Shown here one piece after another: positions 1 to 9,415 of a stretch of DNA of 64,000 nucleotides; the stretch's first letter is position 1; each line of letters starts with the position of its first letter. The position numbers and the translations under genes were made by a program. Source of the stretch: Candidatus Magasanikbacteria bacterium RIFCSPHIGHO2_02_FULL_48_18 (GTDB lineage Bacteria > Patescibacteriota > Patescibacteriia > Magasanikbacterales > UBA922); contig MFQC01000003.1 of the NCBI GenBank assembly GCA_001784285.1, positions 18,151-82,150 of the forward strand, read 5' to 3'. The notes beneath the pieces were generated by a model that was given only the letters and a program-made list of their open reading frames with translations, ran no database searches and had not been told where the DNA came from.

Positions 1-2263
1 GCGCCTGGAATCTGGTGTTTTTGCCAAAGTCGGGGTTTCCCATGGTCAGAATGACAAAGCGTTTGCCATCGCTTTTTCGTTCCACTTCCATGACGAGACA
101 TGTGCCGGATTCATACAAAAATCCTGTTTTGCTCGCAAGAATGGTATACGGAAGGGTTTCTTTCATGAGAAGATTGCTGTGGGTATCAAAATGTTTGGGA
201 TCGCCGTCAATATCTTTTTCCTCGTTATATTCGTATGACGGTTTTCCCATGATGGTCCGGAGATCTTTATTTTCAACCGTATGGCGAAACAGAGTCAAAA
301 ATTCGCGTGCGGTGGACACATTCTCCGCACGAACGCCGCTCGTATCGACGAACGTGGTTTTGGAAAGTCCGAGTTTTTTTGCTTGGGCATTCATGTTTTT
401 GATAAAGAGGGCCTCGTCCGAGGTGACGCTATTCACCAACATGCGCGCGGGCGTATTGAGCGAAGAAACAAGGAGGGCGTCAAGCAGATCTTTATTCAAT
501 ACCTTTTCTCCGTCTGCTATGCGATAGTGATGGTAGAGTTCTTTATGTTTTGTAGAATCGTAGGTTACGGTTTTATTCATGACAAGCCCTTCTTTCAATA
601 GTTCATACGCCGTCATCACTTTTGTAAAAGAAGCAATGGGACGAACCGTATCTATATTTTTTCCCGCGAGAATAGTCCCGCTTTCCGCATCTGCAATAAG
701 GTAGGCATCCATGGCTGTGTCGAATTTTGGTCCAAGAATTTCTGTTTGTTCTGCCCGAGTTGTCACCATTGCATCTTGCGGCGAAGACGCGCCAGTGTCA
801 TCCTTCACCGGTTCTGTTTCGGAAACGGCATCGGGTGAGGAAACGGTTTCCTCACTGAGCGTTGTGAGGATTTCTTTGGTGGTTTCTTTTTCTATATAAA
901 TCGCTTGCCCGGTCGGGTGGGCCATGCCGGCAAATTCATTGACCCACGCAATATTCTCCCATCGGTATCCCAGGCCGTTGAAGACTTCTTCAGACGCAAT
1001 ATGGCGCTTTTTGCCATTTTCTACGACATAAATTTTATTTTGACCGGTAATACCGAATAATGTGCCATCTTGAAACAGCACCTCCGGACCGGCTTCAAGA
1101 GAGGAGAGATACGATGCAGGTACGGCGGTGATGGTTTTTCCGGGATAATTTACTTTTGCAATCCCATCATCATACACGGAATGATATATGTTGTCCTTCA
1201 CGTAGTAGAGTTGTTTGTTTTCTTTAAGCCGGATCAATTCGCCCAGTGGCGCCGTTGTGGCCGGTTCGATCGGTTTTCCTATCATGTATCCGCCAAGAAT
1301 TGTTTCGTCGACGACAATGATTTCGTCCGGATTGAAACCAAGTTTTTTTCTGACCTCTTCCGTAAAAGGCCGGAGGGTGTCGTAATCAAGCAAATAATAC
1401 GTCGTTCCTTCTTTGAGCACCGAATAATTGGCGAGCGTGATGTCCTCTCCTTGTTCATACCGCGTTATTTCGGATGTGGGAACCGTAATAACCAATTTTG
1501 GATCATAGCGTGTCGTTAACGCCGCCATATTTTTGAAGGCGCGCCGTTTTCCTTGTTGCAAAAGATACGTGGTGGAGTCTTCCGCGCTTTTGAGAAGCGT
1601 CCCGTCCGGATAGATTTGTGTAAACCACTTCTGCCACAAATTCCAGAAATTTTCATTTCCATGAATGTGGGGTGTGTATGTATATAAAAATGCGGTCGCG
1701 TACGACGCGGGTTCGACATTGGTATTGTCAATCGCGTATGTGATATTTGGGCGCTTGATCCATGATTCCTGATCGACGTGATCATAATACCACCGCATAA
1801 TGCCGGCGGCATTATCCATTTGAGTGCCAAAGCCTTTATATTTTTGGATTTTTTCATCCGTGGTTTTGCAACTGTCGCACACCCCATAGCCGGTTGCCCA
1901 GTCCAATTGCTTTTGGGTTGGGTCCGGATCGTTTACCAGGCTCTGTTCTTTTTGGAGTTTTACCAGAAGATATTTTGGATTGATTTGGTAGCCTTTGGCC
2001 GCTCGGTAGATGATATCCGACACTTTTCGTTTTTTTCCTTGCACGTCTTCGGTCCGATATTCCGCGATATATCCTTCTTGGTCTTCCAAAAACGCTTGGA
2101 TGTCGGCTCGGCTCATGCTTTTCCAATCTTGGAGTTCTTCATCGCTGATAATGAAGTTTGGATTAAAGATGGATCCGTTTTCTGCGGCCGCCGCCCATGT
2201 GAGCTGGGGGAGAAAAGTTACCACAAAAATAACGAACCATATGCCAATACGTGGAAGTGTCAT
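1..2263 (-). CDS. Secreted multidomain protein with C-terminal D-alanyl-D-alanine carboxypeptidase (peptidase S11); 3' end runs off the window
   Basis: Not in the ORF track because it has no stop in the window. Hand translation from ATG at 2263: signal peptide MTLPRIGIWFVIFVVTFLPQLTWAAAA, N-terminal domain (FNPNFIISD, INPKYLLVKLQKEQSL, LYTYTPH), repeats (YPDGTLLK..YLLQQGKRR, FQDGTLF..YVVENGKKRHI), then S11 motifs PIASFTK (SxxK), SLN (SxN) and SKTG in the same frame. Confidence 0.88.
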   Translation of the reverse strand, partial: MTLPRIGIWFVIFVVTFLPQLTWAAAAENGSIFNPNFIISDEELQDWKSMSRADIQAFLEDQEGYIAEYRTEDVQGKKRKVSDIIYRAAKGYQINPKYLLVKLQKEQSLVNDPDPTQKQLDWATGYGVCDSCKTTDEKIQKYKGFGTQMDNAAGIMRWYYDHVDQESWIKRPNITYAIDNTNVEPASYATAFLYTYTPHIHGNENFWNLWQKWFTQIYPDGTLLKSAEDSTTYLLQQGKRRAFKNMAALTTRYDPKLVITVPTSEITRYEQGEDITLANYSVLKEGTTYYLLDYDTLRPFTEEVRKKLGFNPDEIIVVDETILGGYMIGKPIEPATTAPLGELIRLKENKQLYYVKDNIYHSVYDDGIAKVNYPGKTITAVPASYLSSLEAGPEVLFQDGTLFGITGQNKIYVVENGKKRHIASEEVFNGLGYRWENIAWVNEFAGMAHPTGQAIYIEKETTKEILTTLSEETVSSPDAVSETEPVKDDTGASSPQDAMVTTRAEQTEILGPKFDTAMDAYLIADAESGTILAGKNIDTVRPIASFTKVMTAYELLKEGLVMNKTVTYDSTKHKELYHHYRIADGEKVLNKDLLDALLVSSLNTPARMLVNSVTSDEALFIKNMNAQAKKLGLSKTTFVDTSGVRAENVSTAREFLTLFRHTVENKDLRTIMGKPSYEYNEEKDIDGDPKHFDTHSNLLMKETLPYTILASKTGFLYESGTCLVMEVERKSDGKRFVILTMGNPDFGKNTRFQA

Positions 2264-2348
2264 ATAATAAAAAGTATAGCATGGAGTGGTAAAAGGTATC
2301 AATGGGTTTGTTGCTTTTTTCGTATTTCTTTGCTATGATATGCTGTAT

Positions 2349-3038
2349 ATGCCATCTGGGAATCTTTTTATTGTTGCAACACCTATTGGTCATTTTGATG
2401 ACATAACGATTCGGGCTCTTGAAACGTTACGCGCGGTTGATGTGATTTTGTGTGAAGATACCAGGGTCACCAAAAATTTACTTCACCATTATCATATTAA
2501 AACTCCAACCTTGAGTTATCATCAGCATAGCGATCAGAAAAAAATAGCCCATATTTATACCCTTCTGCAAGAGGGAAAATCCCTGGCTCTGGTCACGGAC
2601 GCAGGAACGCCCGGAATGAGCGACCCCGGGAATAAACTTATTCATGATCTGCTCAAGAAGGTATTGTTTGAGCAAAAAGTATCTGCGCCAAATATTATCC
2701 CCATTCCAGGGCCATCAGCGGCTGTCGCCGCCATCAGTATTTCTGGATTTCCAACGGATTCATTTCTTTTTCTTGGTTTTCCTCCGCACAAAAAAGGGAG
2801 AAGCCGATTTTTTCAAGATATAGCCGATTCGTCTTATACGGTGGTTTTGTATGAATCCTGCCATCGTATCAAAAAGACAATGCAAGAACTTGGGGCCGTA
2901 TTGGCCAAAGACAAAAAAATCTGCGTGTGCAGAGAATTGACCAAACGGTTTGAACAGATATATCGCGGAACGATTACTGAAGTGAATAATCAAGATATAA
3001 AAGAGAAAGGGGAGTTTGTGATCGTTATTTCAAAATAA
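2349..3038 (+). CDS. rsmI: 16S rRNA (cytidine1402-2'-O)-methyltransferase
   Basis: LFIVATPIG..DITIRAL, CEDTR, DAGTPGMSDPG, YES.HR and RELTK motifs; start trimmed to ATG at 2349. Confidence 0.95.
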   Translation: MPSGNLFIVATPIGHFDDITIRALETLRAVDVILCEDTRVTKNLLHHYHIKTPTLSYHQHSDQKKIAHIYTLLQEGKSLALVTDAGTPGMSDPGNKLIHDLLKKVLFEQKVSAPNIIPIPGPSAAVAAISISGFPTDSFLFLGFPPHKKGRSRFFQDIADSSYTVVLYESCHRIKKTMQELGAVLAKDKKICVCRELTKRFEQIYRGTITEVNNQDIKEKGEFVIVISK

Positions 3039-3043
3039 AACCT

Positions 3044-4564
3044 ATGAATCCGCCTTTTTATATCACAACAACCCTTCCCTACGTGAATGCCGAGCCGCAT
3101 GTCGGCTTTGCGCTTGAGATTATCCAAGCCGATGTTATCGCGCGGTACCACCGTCTCCGGGGGTATGACGTTTTTTTTAATACAGGGACCGATGAACACG
3201 GGTTGAAAATTTATCAAAAAGCCCAGGAACACGGTCTTGACGCGCAAACATATTGCGACCAGTATGCCGCGCGGTTTGATGCGCTCAAAGGCGCGCTGGA
3301 TTTAAGCTACACCCATTTTATTCGGACAACCGACATGCATCATGTGCGCGCGGCGCAGGAATTTTGGACTCGGTGCTTTGCTAATGGCGATATTTATAAA
3401 AAGAATTATCACGTCAAGTATTGCGTCGGGTGCGAACTCGAAAAGACCGACTCCGAATTGGTTGATGGGTATTGTCCGCTTCATCCGAATCGAGAGATTG
3501 AATTTATCGACGAAGAAAATTATTTTTTTCAATTTTCCAGTTATCAACGGCCGTTGCTTCATTTTTACAAATCCCATCCTCATTTTGTGGCGCCGGATCA
3601 TCGATTGCAGGAAATTATCAACTTTGTTTCTGCCGGACTTCAAGATTTTAGCATTTCACGGCTGAAAGCCAAAATGCCGTGGGGAGTACCGGTCCCCGAC
3701 GATGAAGAACATGTGATGTATGTATGGTTTGACGCCTTGGTTAATTATATCTCCACCATAGGGTGGCCGAATGATGAAAAAGCGTTTTATCATTTTTGGG
3801 GAACTCCCGAACACCCAAACGGCATTCAGGTTGCGGGCAAAGACAATTTGCGCCAGCAATCGGCAATGTGGCAAGCCATGCTCATGTCGGCGGGACTTCC
3901 GCCGTCAAAACAAATTTTTATTCATGGCTATATTGGCAGTGAAGGGCAAAAAATGAGCAAAAGTCTTGGAAATGTGGTCAACCCGTTTGACGTGGTGGAG
4001 CGTTATGGAACCGATGCGTTGCGCTACTATCTTCTTGGCGCTATTCCGGCGCATGAGGATGGCGATTTTTCGATCGGCCGATTTGAAAGTTTTTATACCG
4101 CTCACCTCGTGAATGGGATTGGCAATTTGACTTCTCGTATCGTCACCATGATTGAAAAATATCTTGGCGGTCGCGTGCCAAAACCATCGAAGGATTTCTT
4201 GGGTGCGAAACGATTTTGGTCCGCATACGAAACCTCTGTATTGGGTTATCAATTTGACAAGCTGGTCGAACAGATCAATGAAGCGGTTGGGTTGTGCGAC
4301 CGGACAATTTCAGAACAAAAGCCGTGGGAAAAAGCAAAGAGAGGAGAAGATGTGTCGGAGCTGTTGTATGGTCTTCTTGAAGCGCTTCGTCATATTGCCT
4401 TTGCGCTTTTGCCCGTTTTGCCCCAAACCGCGGAGAAAATTTTATCTCAAATGGGCATAGCTTCTGATGTTTTTGGAGATTGGAATGCCGAAACTGCATG
4501 GGGAAAATTGGAAGAGGGGAGCCTTGTCCATAAAGGGGAGGTATTGTTTCCAAGATTGTCTTAG
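3044..4564 (+). CDS. metG: Methionine--tRNA ligase (short form)
   Basis: FYITTTLPYVN..HVG, GTDEHG, YVWFDAL, KMSKSLGN. Confidence 0.97.
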   Translation: MNPPFYITTTLPYVNAEPHVGFALEIIQADVIARYHRLRGYDVFFNTGTDEHGLKIYQKAQEHGLDAQTYCDQYAARFDALKGALDLSYTHFIRTTDMHHVRAAQEFWTRCFANGDIYKKNYHVKYCVGCELEKTDSELVDGYCPLHPNREIEFIDEENYFFQFSSYQRPLLHFYKSHPHFVAPDHRLQEIINFVSAGLQDFSISRLKAKMPWGVPVPDDEEHVMYVWFDALVNYISTIGWPNDEKAFYHFWGTPEHPNGIQVAGKDNLRQQSAMWQAMLMSAGLPPSKQIFIHGYIGSEGQKMSKSLGNVVNPFDVVERYGTDALRYYLLGAIPAHEDGDFSIGRFESFYTAHLVNGIGNLTSRIVTMIEKYLGGRVPKPSKDFLGAKRFWSAYETSVLGYQFDKLVEQINEAVGLCDRTISEQKPWEKAKRGEDVSELLYGLLEALRHIAFALLPVLPQTAEKILSQMGIASDVFGDWNAETAWGKLEEGSLVHKGEVLFPRLS

Positions 4565-4595
4565 CCATTTCCTGAATTCATTTATTTTTTTATCT

Positions 4596-5135
4596 ATGAC
4601 TCTCTTCGATGTCATCCTCCTCTGCCTTATCGCAGGATTTGCAGGATTTGGTTTTTGGTTTGGTCTTATTCATACGCTGGGTTCTTTGGCGGGTACGGTG
4701 GTTGGCGCATTTTTTGCCAGCCGGTTTTATGAATTTTTTGCCGATTGGCTGGTGCACGTTACCGGGTGGCCGGAAAATATTTCTCGCGTTCTCATGTTTA
4801 TTCTTCTTTTTATTTTGATCAACCGTTTGGTTGGTTTTTTATTTTGGCTTATTGAAAAATTTTTTAATCCTTTGACATCCTTGCCGTTTCTGTCTTCCAT
4901 GAATCATTTGTTGGGCACCGTCTTTGGCGCTTTGGAAGGAGCGCTCACATTGGGACTCATTATATATTTTATCAAACAGTTTCCCATCTCACCCTTGATT
5001 ATGGGCTGGATTGGCAATTCGACGATCGCTCCAATTTTGGAAAATATGGCCGTGGTGTTGCTTCCGTTTATTCCCAAAGCGCTCAAAACGCTTGATGACA
5101 CGCTTAGTGGGTTTGGCGACGTGTTCTCTCTTTAA
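4596..5135 (+). CDS. cvpA: CvpA family membrane protein
   Basis: MTLFDVILL..GFWFGLI, four TM segments, NHLLGTVFGALEG; start trimmed to ATG at 4596. Confidence 0.8.
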   Translation: MTLFDVILLCLIAGFAGFGFWFGLIHTLGSLAGTVVGAFFASRFYEFFADWLVHVTGWPENISRVLMFILLFILINRLVGFLFWLIEKFFNPLTSLPFLSSMNHLLGTVFGALEGALTLGLIIYFIKQFPISPLIMGWIGNSTIAPILENMAVVLLPFIPKALKTLDDTLSGFGDVFSL

Positions 5136-5142
5136 TCTTTTT

Positions 5143-5337
5143 ATGAAAATGCAAATTCCACAGTCGCCGCCGCAAATGGAGCCAGAAAAAGTATTATCAG
5201 CCGCTCTTGTCCGAGGTATTATTTTTGGTGTTGTTCTCGCTGGAGTTGTTTTGTATATTGTTTTTTCAAGACAGATGAAATCGATTGAAAAAGACTATAT
5301 GATGCAAACGGTTCAAAATGAAACGGATACGCCTTAA
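5143..5337 (+). CDS. Small single-pass membrane protein, hypothetical
   Basis: MKMQIPQ..., one TM segment (GIIFGVVLAGVVLYIVF); fills the gap in the operon. Confidence 0.6.
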   Translation: MKMQIPQSPPQMEPEKVLSAALVRGIIFGVVLAGVVLYIVFSRQMKSIEKDYMMQTVQNETDTP

Positions 5338-5344
5338 TTTTTTT

Positions 5345-6202
5345 ATGCTTTTTGACACCCATTGCCATCTTCAATTTCAAGCATTTAAAGAAGACCGTGA
5401 TGACGCCATAGCGCGTTCTCTTGCCCGCGGCATGATATTGAACGTGGTGGGGACACAAAAAGACACAAGCCGTGCCGCTGTGGCATTGGCGGAAACATAT
5501 GACGGCATGTATGCAACGATTGGCACACACCCCATTCATCTTTTTCCAACGCATGTTGATGAAGAAGAAACATCGTTTCAGTCGCGCGAAGAAGATTTTG
5601 ATGAAGCCTATTATGAAACGCTCGCGCGGTCAAAAAAAGTAGTTGCTGTCGGAGAAACCGGTATTGATCTGTATCATTTGCCAAAAGACAAGCCAAAAGA
5701 AGATGTTTTGGCAAAGCAACGCGATGTTTTTTTAAAGCACGCGGCTTTCGCGCAAAAGCATAATTTGGCTCTTGTGATTCATTGTCGGGACGCGCATGAT
5801 GAGCTTATACAAACACTCAAGTCAACTGTTAATGGTCAATTGTCAATGCTCATAAGAGGCGTTGTGCATTGTTTCTCTTCTAACTGGACTCATGCCGAGC
5901 AGTATTTGGACTTGGGGTTATATCTTGGATTTACCGGGGTTATTACCTTTCCCGCGAAAAAGACCAATCCGCAAGTTCAGGAAAATCTTCTCGAGGTTGT
6001 CCGTCGTATGCCGCTTGATCGCATCCTGGTGGAAACCGACTCACCCTATCTCGCGCCACAGGCGTACCGCGGAAAACGATGCGAACCGTGGATGGTGGAA
6101 GAGACTGTCAAAAAAATTGCTGAAATTTGCGGGGTGAGCCCTGCCAAAATAGAAGAACAGACAACAAATAATGCCAGAGCCTTGTTCTTAAAGGGGGAGT
6201 AG
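5345..6202 (+). CDS. tatD: TatD family hydrolase
   Basis: FDTHCH, VGETGID, IHCRDA, VHCFS, ETDSPYLAP. Confidence 0.95.
   Translation: MLFDTHCHLQFQAFKEDRDDAIARSLARGMILNVVGTQKDTSRAAVALAETYDGMYATIGTHPIHLFPTHVDEEETSFQSREEDFDEAYYETLARSKKVVAVGETGIDLYHLPKDKPKEDVLAKQRDVFLKHAAFAQKHNLALVIHCRDAHDELIQTLKSTVNGQLSMLIRGVVHCFSSNWTHAEQYLDLGLYLGFTGVITFPAKKTNPQVQENLLEVVRRMPLDRILVETDSPYLAPQAYRGKRCEPWMVEETVKKIAEICGVSPAKIEEQTTNNARALFLKGE
5821..5848 (+). repeat. Four degenerate heptamers inside tatD
   Basis: GTCAACT GTTAATG GTCAATT GTCAATG, encoding STVNGQLSM just before RGVVHCF. Confidence 0.55.
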
Positions 6203-6265
6203 TTGCGTCCGACAATAGTGTTATGATAAGATAAAAGTACGTCATTTATTTTTATTATATGTTGT

Positions 6266-6703
6266 ATGAAGGAGGAAAACATCGTGGCAATTCTGAACTC
6301 TCATACAGAGGAGTTCAAACTTATTCATGAGGTATTAGAATCCCATGGAGAAGAGCTTCGATCCCATGGAGAACAACTTCGATCGCACGGAGAACAGCTT
6401 GCGGCTCACACCAAAGAATTTCAATCCATTCATAAAACGTTACAATCCCACGAAAAACAACTTGATTTTTTGGCATTGAAAGTGGTTGAACATGATGAAC
6501 GCTTTGACCGGATAGAGGAGAGGATGGCGACAAAAGATGATGTGCGGATGATTATGAGCAGTTTGGATGAAGTTCTTGTACAAATGAAAAAAAGAGATCA
6601 GGAAATGGCGATGTTTTGGCACGCGTTTCGCCGGCATGAAGATCGCATCGAAATTGTGGAATGTGATATTAAAAAGATAAAACCAAAAGTTGGATTGCGT
6701 TAA
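6266..6703 (+). CDS. His-rich heptad-repeat coiled-coil protein
   Basis: SHGEELR SHGEQLR SHGEQLA AHTKEFQ SIHKTLQ SHEKQLD heptads, then MATKDD. Confidence 0.8.
   Translation: MKEENIVAILNSHTEEFKLIHEVLESHGEELRSHGEQLRSHGEQLAAHTKEFQSIHKTLQSHEKQLDFLALKVVEHDERFDRIEERMATKDDVRMIMSSLDEVLVQMKKRDQEMAMFWHAFRRHEDRIEIVECDIKKIKPKVGLR
6341..6403 (+). repeat. 3 x 21-bp in-frame tandem repeat
   Basis: TCCCATGGAGAAGAGCTTCGA / TCCCATGGAGAACAACTTCGA / TCGCACGGAGAACAGCTTGCG. Confidence 0.8.
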
Positions 6704-6833
6704 CAATTTTTTTCATCTCAAATATCTTAAAGTTAAAGCAAAAAATGTTAGATGGCCGACGTTTTTTAAGTATTGACACGTTCCTCACTGCTCTCTCAGA
6801 AATGAACTTATACACTTTTTTCTTCAAAAATGA

Positions 6834-6862
6834 TTGACGAAGGGTTTTTTTTCGTCTATACT
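6834..6862 (+). promoter_or_regulatory. Sigma70-type promoter of the atp operon
   Basis: TTGACG-17 nt-TATACT, ending 22 nt before ATG at 6885. Confidence 0.75.
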
Positions 6863-6884
6863 AGTGGTCGCTTTATTGACCGCT

Positions 6885-7157
6885 ATGATTGACCCAAAAG
6901 ACAGAAAATATATGCTCTTGGGTCTTCGGATTGCCGGTGATTTTGGGGCAACGATCGCCGTTCCGGTCGTTATTTTTGTTATCATTGGTCAGTGGCTGGA
7001 CGGACGGTACGGACACCGGTATTTCTTTACAGCTTTCGGTTTTCTTGTTTCAGCAGTCATTTCCGGTATTATTATCACAAGAAAAGCCAAACAATACGGC
7101 AAAGAATATCAAGCAATGGATACACGTTCAAAAAAAGAAGAACTCAAAAAAGAATGA
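6885..7157 (+). CDS. AtpZ/AtpI family (ATPase gene 1) membrane protein
   Basis: Two TM segments with GQWLDGRYG motif; first gene before atpB. Confidence 0.85.
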   Translation: MIDPKDRKYMLLGLRIAGDFGATIAVPVVIFVIIGQWLDGRYGHRYFFTAFGFLVSAVISGIIITRKAKQYGKEYQAMDTRSKKEELKKE

Positions 7158-7181
7158 GCGCCATCTTTTGAAGCACATGGT

Positions 7182-7961
7182 ATGAGTGACATTCACATCC
7201 CAACCCTTGCGCCAGAAATACTGTTTCATATTGGGTCCGTGTCGGTAACGAACACGATGATCAATGCCTGGCTTGCGATTGTCATTTTACTGGTGTTTGG
7301 CCTCGTTCTTCGCAAAAAAATAAAAACAAGCCCTGGGACATTACAAAACGGTGCCGAATATGTGCTGGAAATGCTTTTGCCATATTTTGACCAAGTGACC
7401 GGAGATCGAAAAAAGACCATGCGGTTTTTGCCCATCGTCGGTTCGATCTTCTTTTTTGTTTTATTGTCCAACTGGCTTGGTCTTTTGCCTGGAACCGGGA
7501 GCATTACTCTTGGACACACCTTTTTGCTCCGTCCGGCAAATACGGACCTCAATCTGACGGTGGCCATGGCGCTGGTTTCAGTGATTGGCTCCCACCTTTT
7601 TGGCATTGTTGCGGTGGGATTTTTTACCCATATCGGCAAATTTATCCAGTTGGGGACGCTCGCAAAAAGTTTTAAACGGGGGCCGATCGGCATTTTTAGC
7701 GCCGTTATTGAATTTGGCGTTGGTCTCCTGGAAATTGTGGGAGAAATGGCCAAAGTGTTATCGCTCTCTCTTCGTTTGTTTGGTAATATTTTTGCCGGAG
7801 AAGTGTTGATTTCGGTTATTGCCGCTTTGGTATCGGCGGTTGTGCCCACGCCATTTATGCTCCTGGAATTACTGGTTGGCTTGATCCAGGCCGCGGTGTT
7901 TGCTATGCTCACGCTAGTCTATTTCACGGTCGCTGTGGAAGAGCCGCATGGCAGTCATTAA
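7182..7961 (+). CDS. atpB: F0F1 ATP synthase subunit a
   Basis: SNWLGLLPG, LSLSLRLFGNIFAGE, IQAAVFAML. Confidence 0.97.
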   Translation: MSDIHIPTLAPEILFHIGSVSVTNTMINAWLAIVILLVFGLVLRKKIKTSPGTLQNGAEYVLEMLLPYFDQVTGDRKKTMRFLPIVGSIFFFVLLSNWLGLLPGTGSITLGHTFLLRPANTDLNLTVAMALVSVIGSHLFGIVAVGFFTHIGKFIQLGTLAKSFKRGPIGIFSAVIEFGVGLLEIVGEMAKVLSLSLRLFGNIFAGEVLISVIAALVSAVVPTPFMLLELLVGLIQAAVFAMLTLVYFTVAVEEPHGSH

Positions 7962-8103
7962 ACCGCGAATGTCTTTTGTTCTCTTTGGTAAAGCGTTTTT
8001 TTACCAAACAGAACAGGAGGAATTTATTTCATAATGAATATCCACTCCGCGAGGTAAAACACCCCCCTTCCTCGGCCGGTACGATATTTCAAAGGAATCA
8101 TGT

Positions 8104-8325
8104 ATGGAACACGCGTCAATTGTGGTGCTTGCTAAAGCATTTACCATCGGTATCGGCGGTATGATGCCGGCTCTTGCCATTGGAAAACTCGTGGCAAAAG
8201 CCATGGAAGCCATCGGACGAAATCCAGAAGCCTCCGGCAAAGTGTTTGTTCCCATGCTTTTGGGCGCGGCATTTGCGGAAGCGATTGCCATTTACGCCCT
8301 GGTTGTCGTTTTTACATTGAAGTAA
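8104..8325 (+). CDS. atpE: F0F1 ATP synthase subunit c
   Basis: GRNPE loop and FAEAIAIY with the ion-binding Glu. Confidence 0.97.
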   Translation: MEHASIVVLAKAFTIGIGGMMPALAIGKLVAKAMEAIGRNPEASGKVFVPMLLGAAFAEAIAIYALVVVFTLK

Positions 8326-8383
8326 ATCAACCCAGGAGACCATTGCGGTCTCTTGTTCTTGATTTAATTCTTGTTTTGTCGCT

Positions 8384-8992
8384 ATGCCATTGTCACCCGT
8401 CTATTCTTTTGATCTTGCGGTTGCGGAAATTCAAAAACAATCAGCCGTGACGGCCTCTCAAGGAGAAGAACCCGTAGGTGAAGAAAGCGTGTTGGGGTCA
8501 TTGGGGCTCAATGGGCAATTATTTGCGTTTCAACTGTTGAATTTTGCCATTGTCGCCGCTATTGTGTGGTTTCTTATTTTGAAACCGCTGACCAAAAAAA
8601 TGGATGAACGAAAACAGATGATTGACGACAGCCTCGAGAAGGCAAAACAGATTGAGGCGAATGTATTGATGAGCCAACAGAGATATCAAGAAAAAATTGA
8701 TGAAGGAAAAGTGGAAGCGAACAAAATCATTGAACACTCTCACGAAGAAGCGGAACGGTTGGCGCGCTCCATGAAAGAAAAATCAAAAAAAGAAATTGAA
8801 CTCTTGGTGGACCAGGCAAAACGCAATATCGCGATTGAGCGGGACGAGGCGTTTGCGGCCGTAAAAAAAGAAGCCGGGGCGCTGGTTGTCGCGGCCGTGG
8901 AAAAAATTCTCGGGCAGGCGATTGACGAATCAACGGACAAAAAAATTATTCAGGAAGCTATTCAAAACATAAAAAAACAAAAAACATCATAA
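8384..8992 (+). CDS. atpF: F0F1 ATP synthase subunit b
   Basis: QLLNF TM anchor followed by a long coiled coil; operon position. Confidence 0.92.
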   Translation: MPLSPVYSFDLAVAEIQKQSAVTASQGEEPVGEESVLGSLGLNGQLFAFQLLNFAIVAAIVWFLILKPLTKKMDERKQMIDDSLEKAKQIEANVLMSQQRYQEKIDEGKVEANKIIEHSHEEAERLARSMKEKSKKEIELLVDQAKRNIAIERDEAFAAVKKEAGALVVAAVEKILGQAIDESTDKKIIQEAIQNIKKQKTS

Positions 8993-9000
8993 ATGACTCT

Positions 9001-9390
9001 ATGAAAAAACGTTCACACACACAATACGCGGAGGCGCTGTATGAAATGACGAAAGACATCGCCGGAAAAGAATTGGACGCGGTTTTGCGCGCTTTTGTGC
9101 ATATTCTCGCTCGCGATCGCCAGCTGTTGCACGTGGACAAAATCGTGGACTCTTTTTTGCGCCACGTAAAAAAACAAGAGGGGATACAGGATCTCCATAT
9201 TGAAACCGCGCGAACTCTCGACCCAAAAACACGAGCGGCGATCGCGGCCGCATGCGGAAAAAAAACGGATGTAACCACATCAGTAAGACCCGGTCTCTTG
9301 GGCGGTTTTCGTATTACCACCGAACACACGATTCTTGACGCGAGCGTTGCGGCGCAACTCAAGCGTCTTGAAGCAACACTTATTTCGTAG
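9001..9390 (+). CDS. atpH: F0F1 ATP synthase subunit delta (short)
   Basis: QYAEALY, LLGGFRI..ILDASV; lies between atpF and atpA. Confidence 0.9.
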   Translation: MKKRSHTQYAEALYEMTKDIAGKELDAVLRAFVHILARDRQLLHVDKIVDSFLRHVKKQEGIQDLHIETARTLDPKTRAAIAAACGKKTDVTTSVRPGLLGGFRITTEHTILDASVAAQLKRLEATLIS

Positions 9391-9415
9391 ATTGTTCTAT
9401 TCTCCTTTACTTTAT

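Noticed and set aside
15-2338. Plus-strand ORFs of 100-186 aa at the window start
   Set aside because: They are shadows of the long minus-strand carboxypeptidase gene, which has clear motifs.
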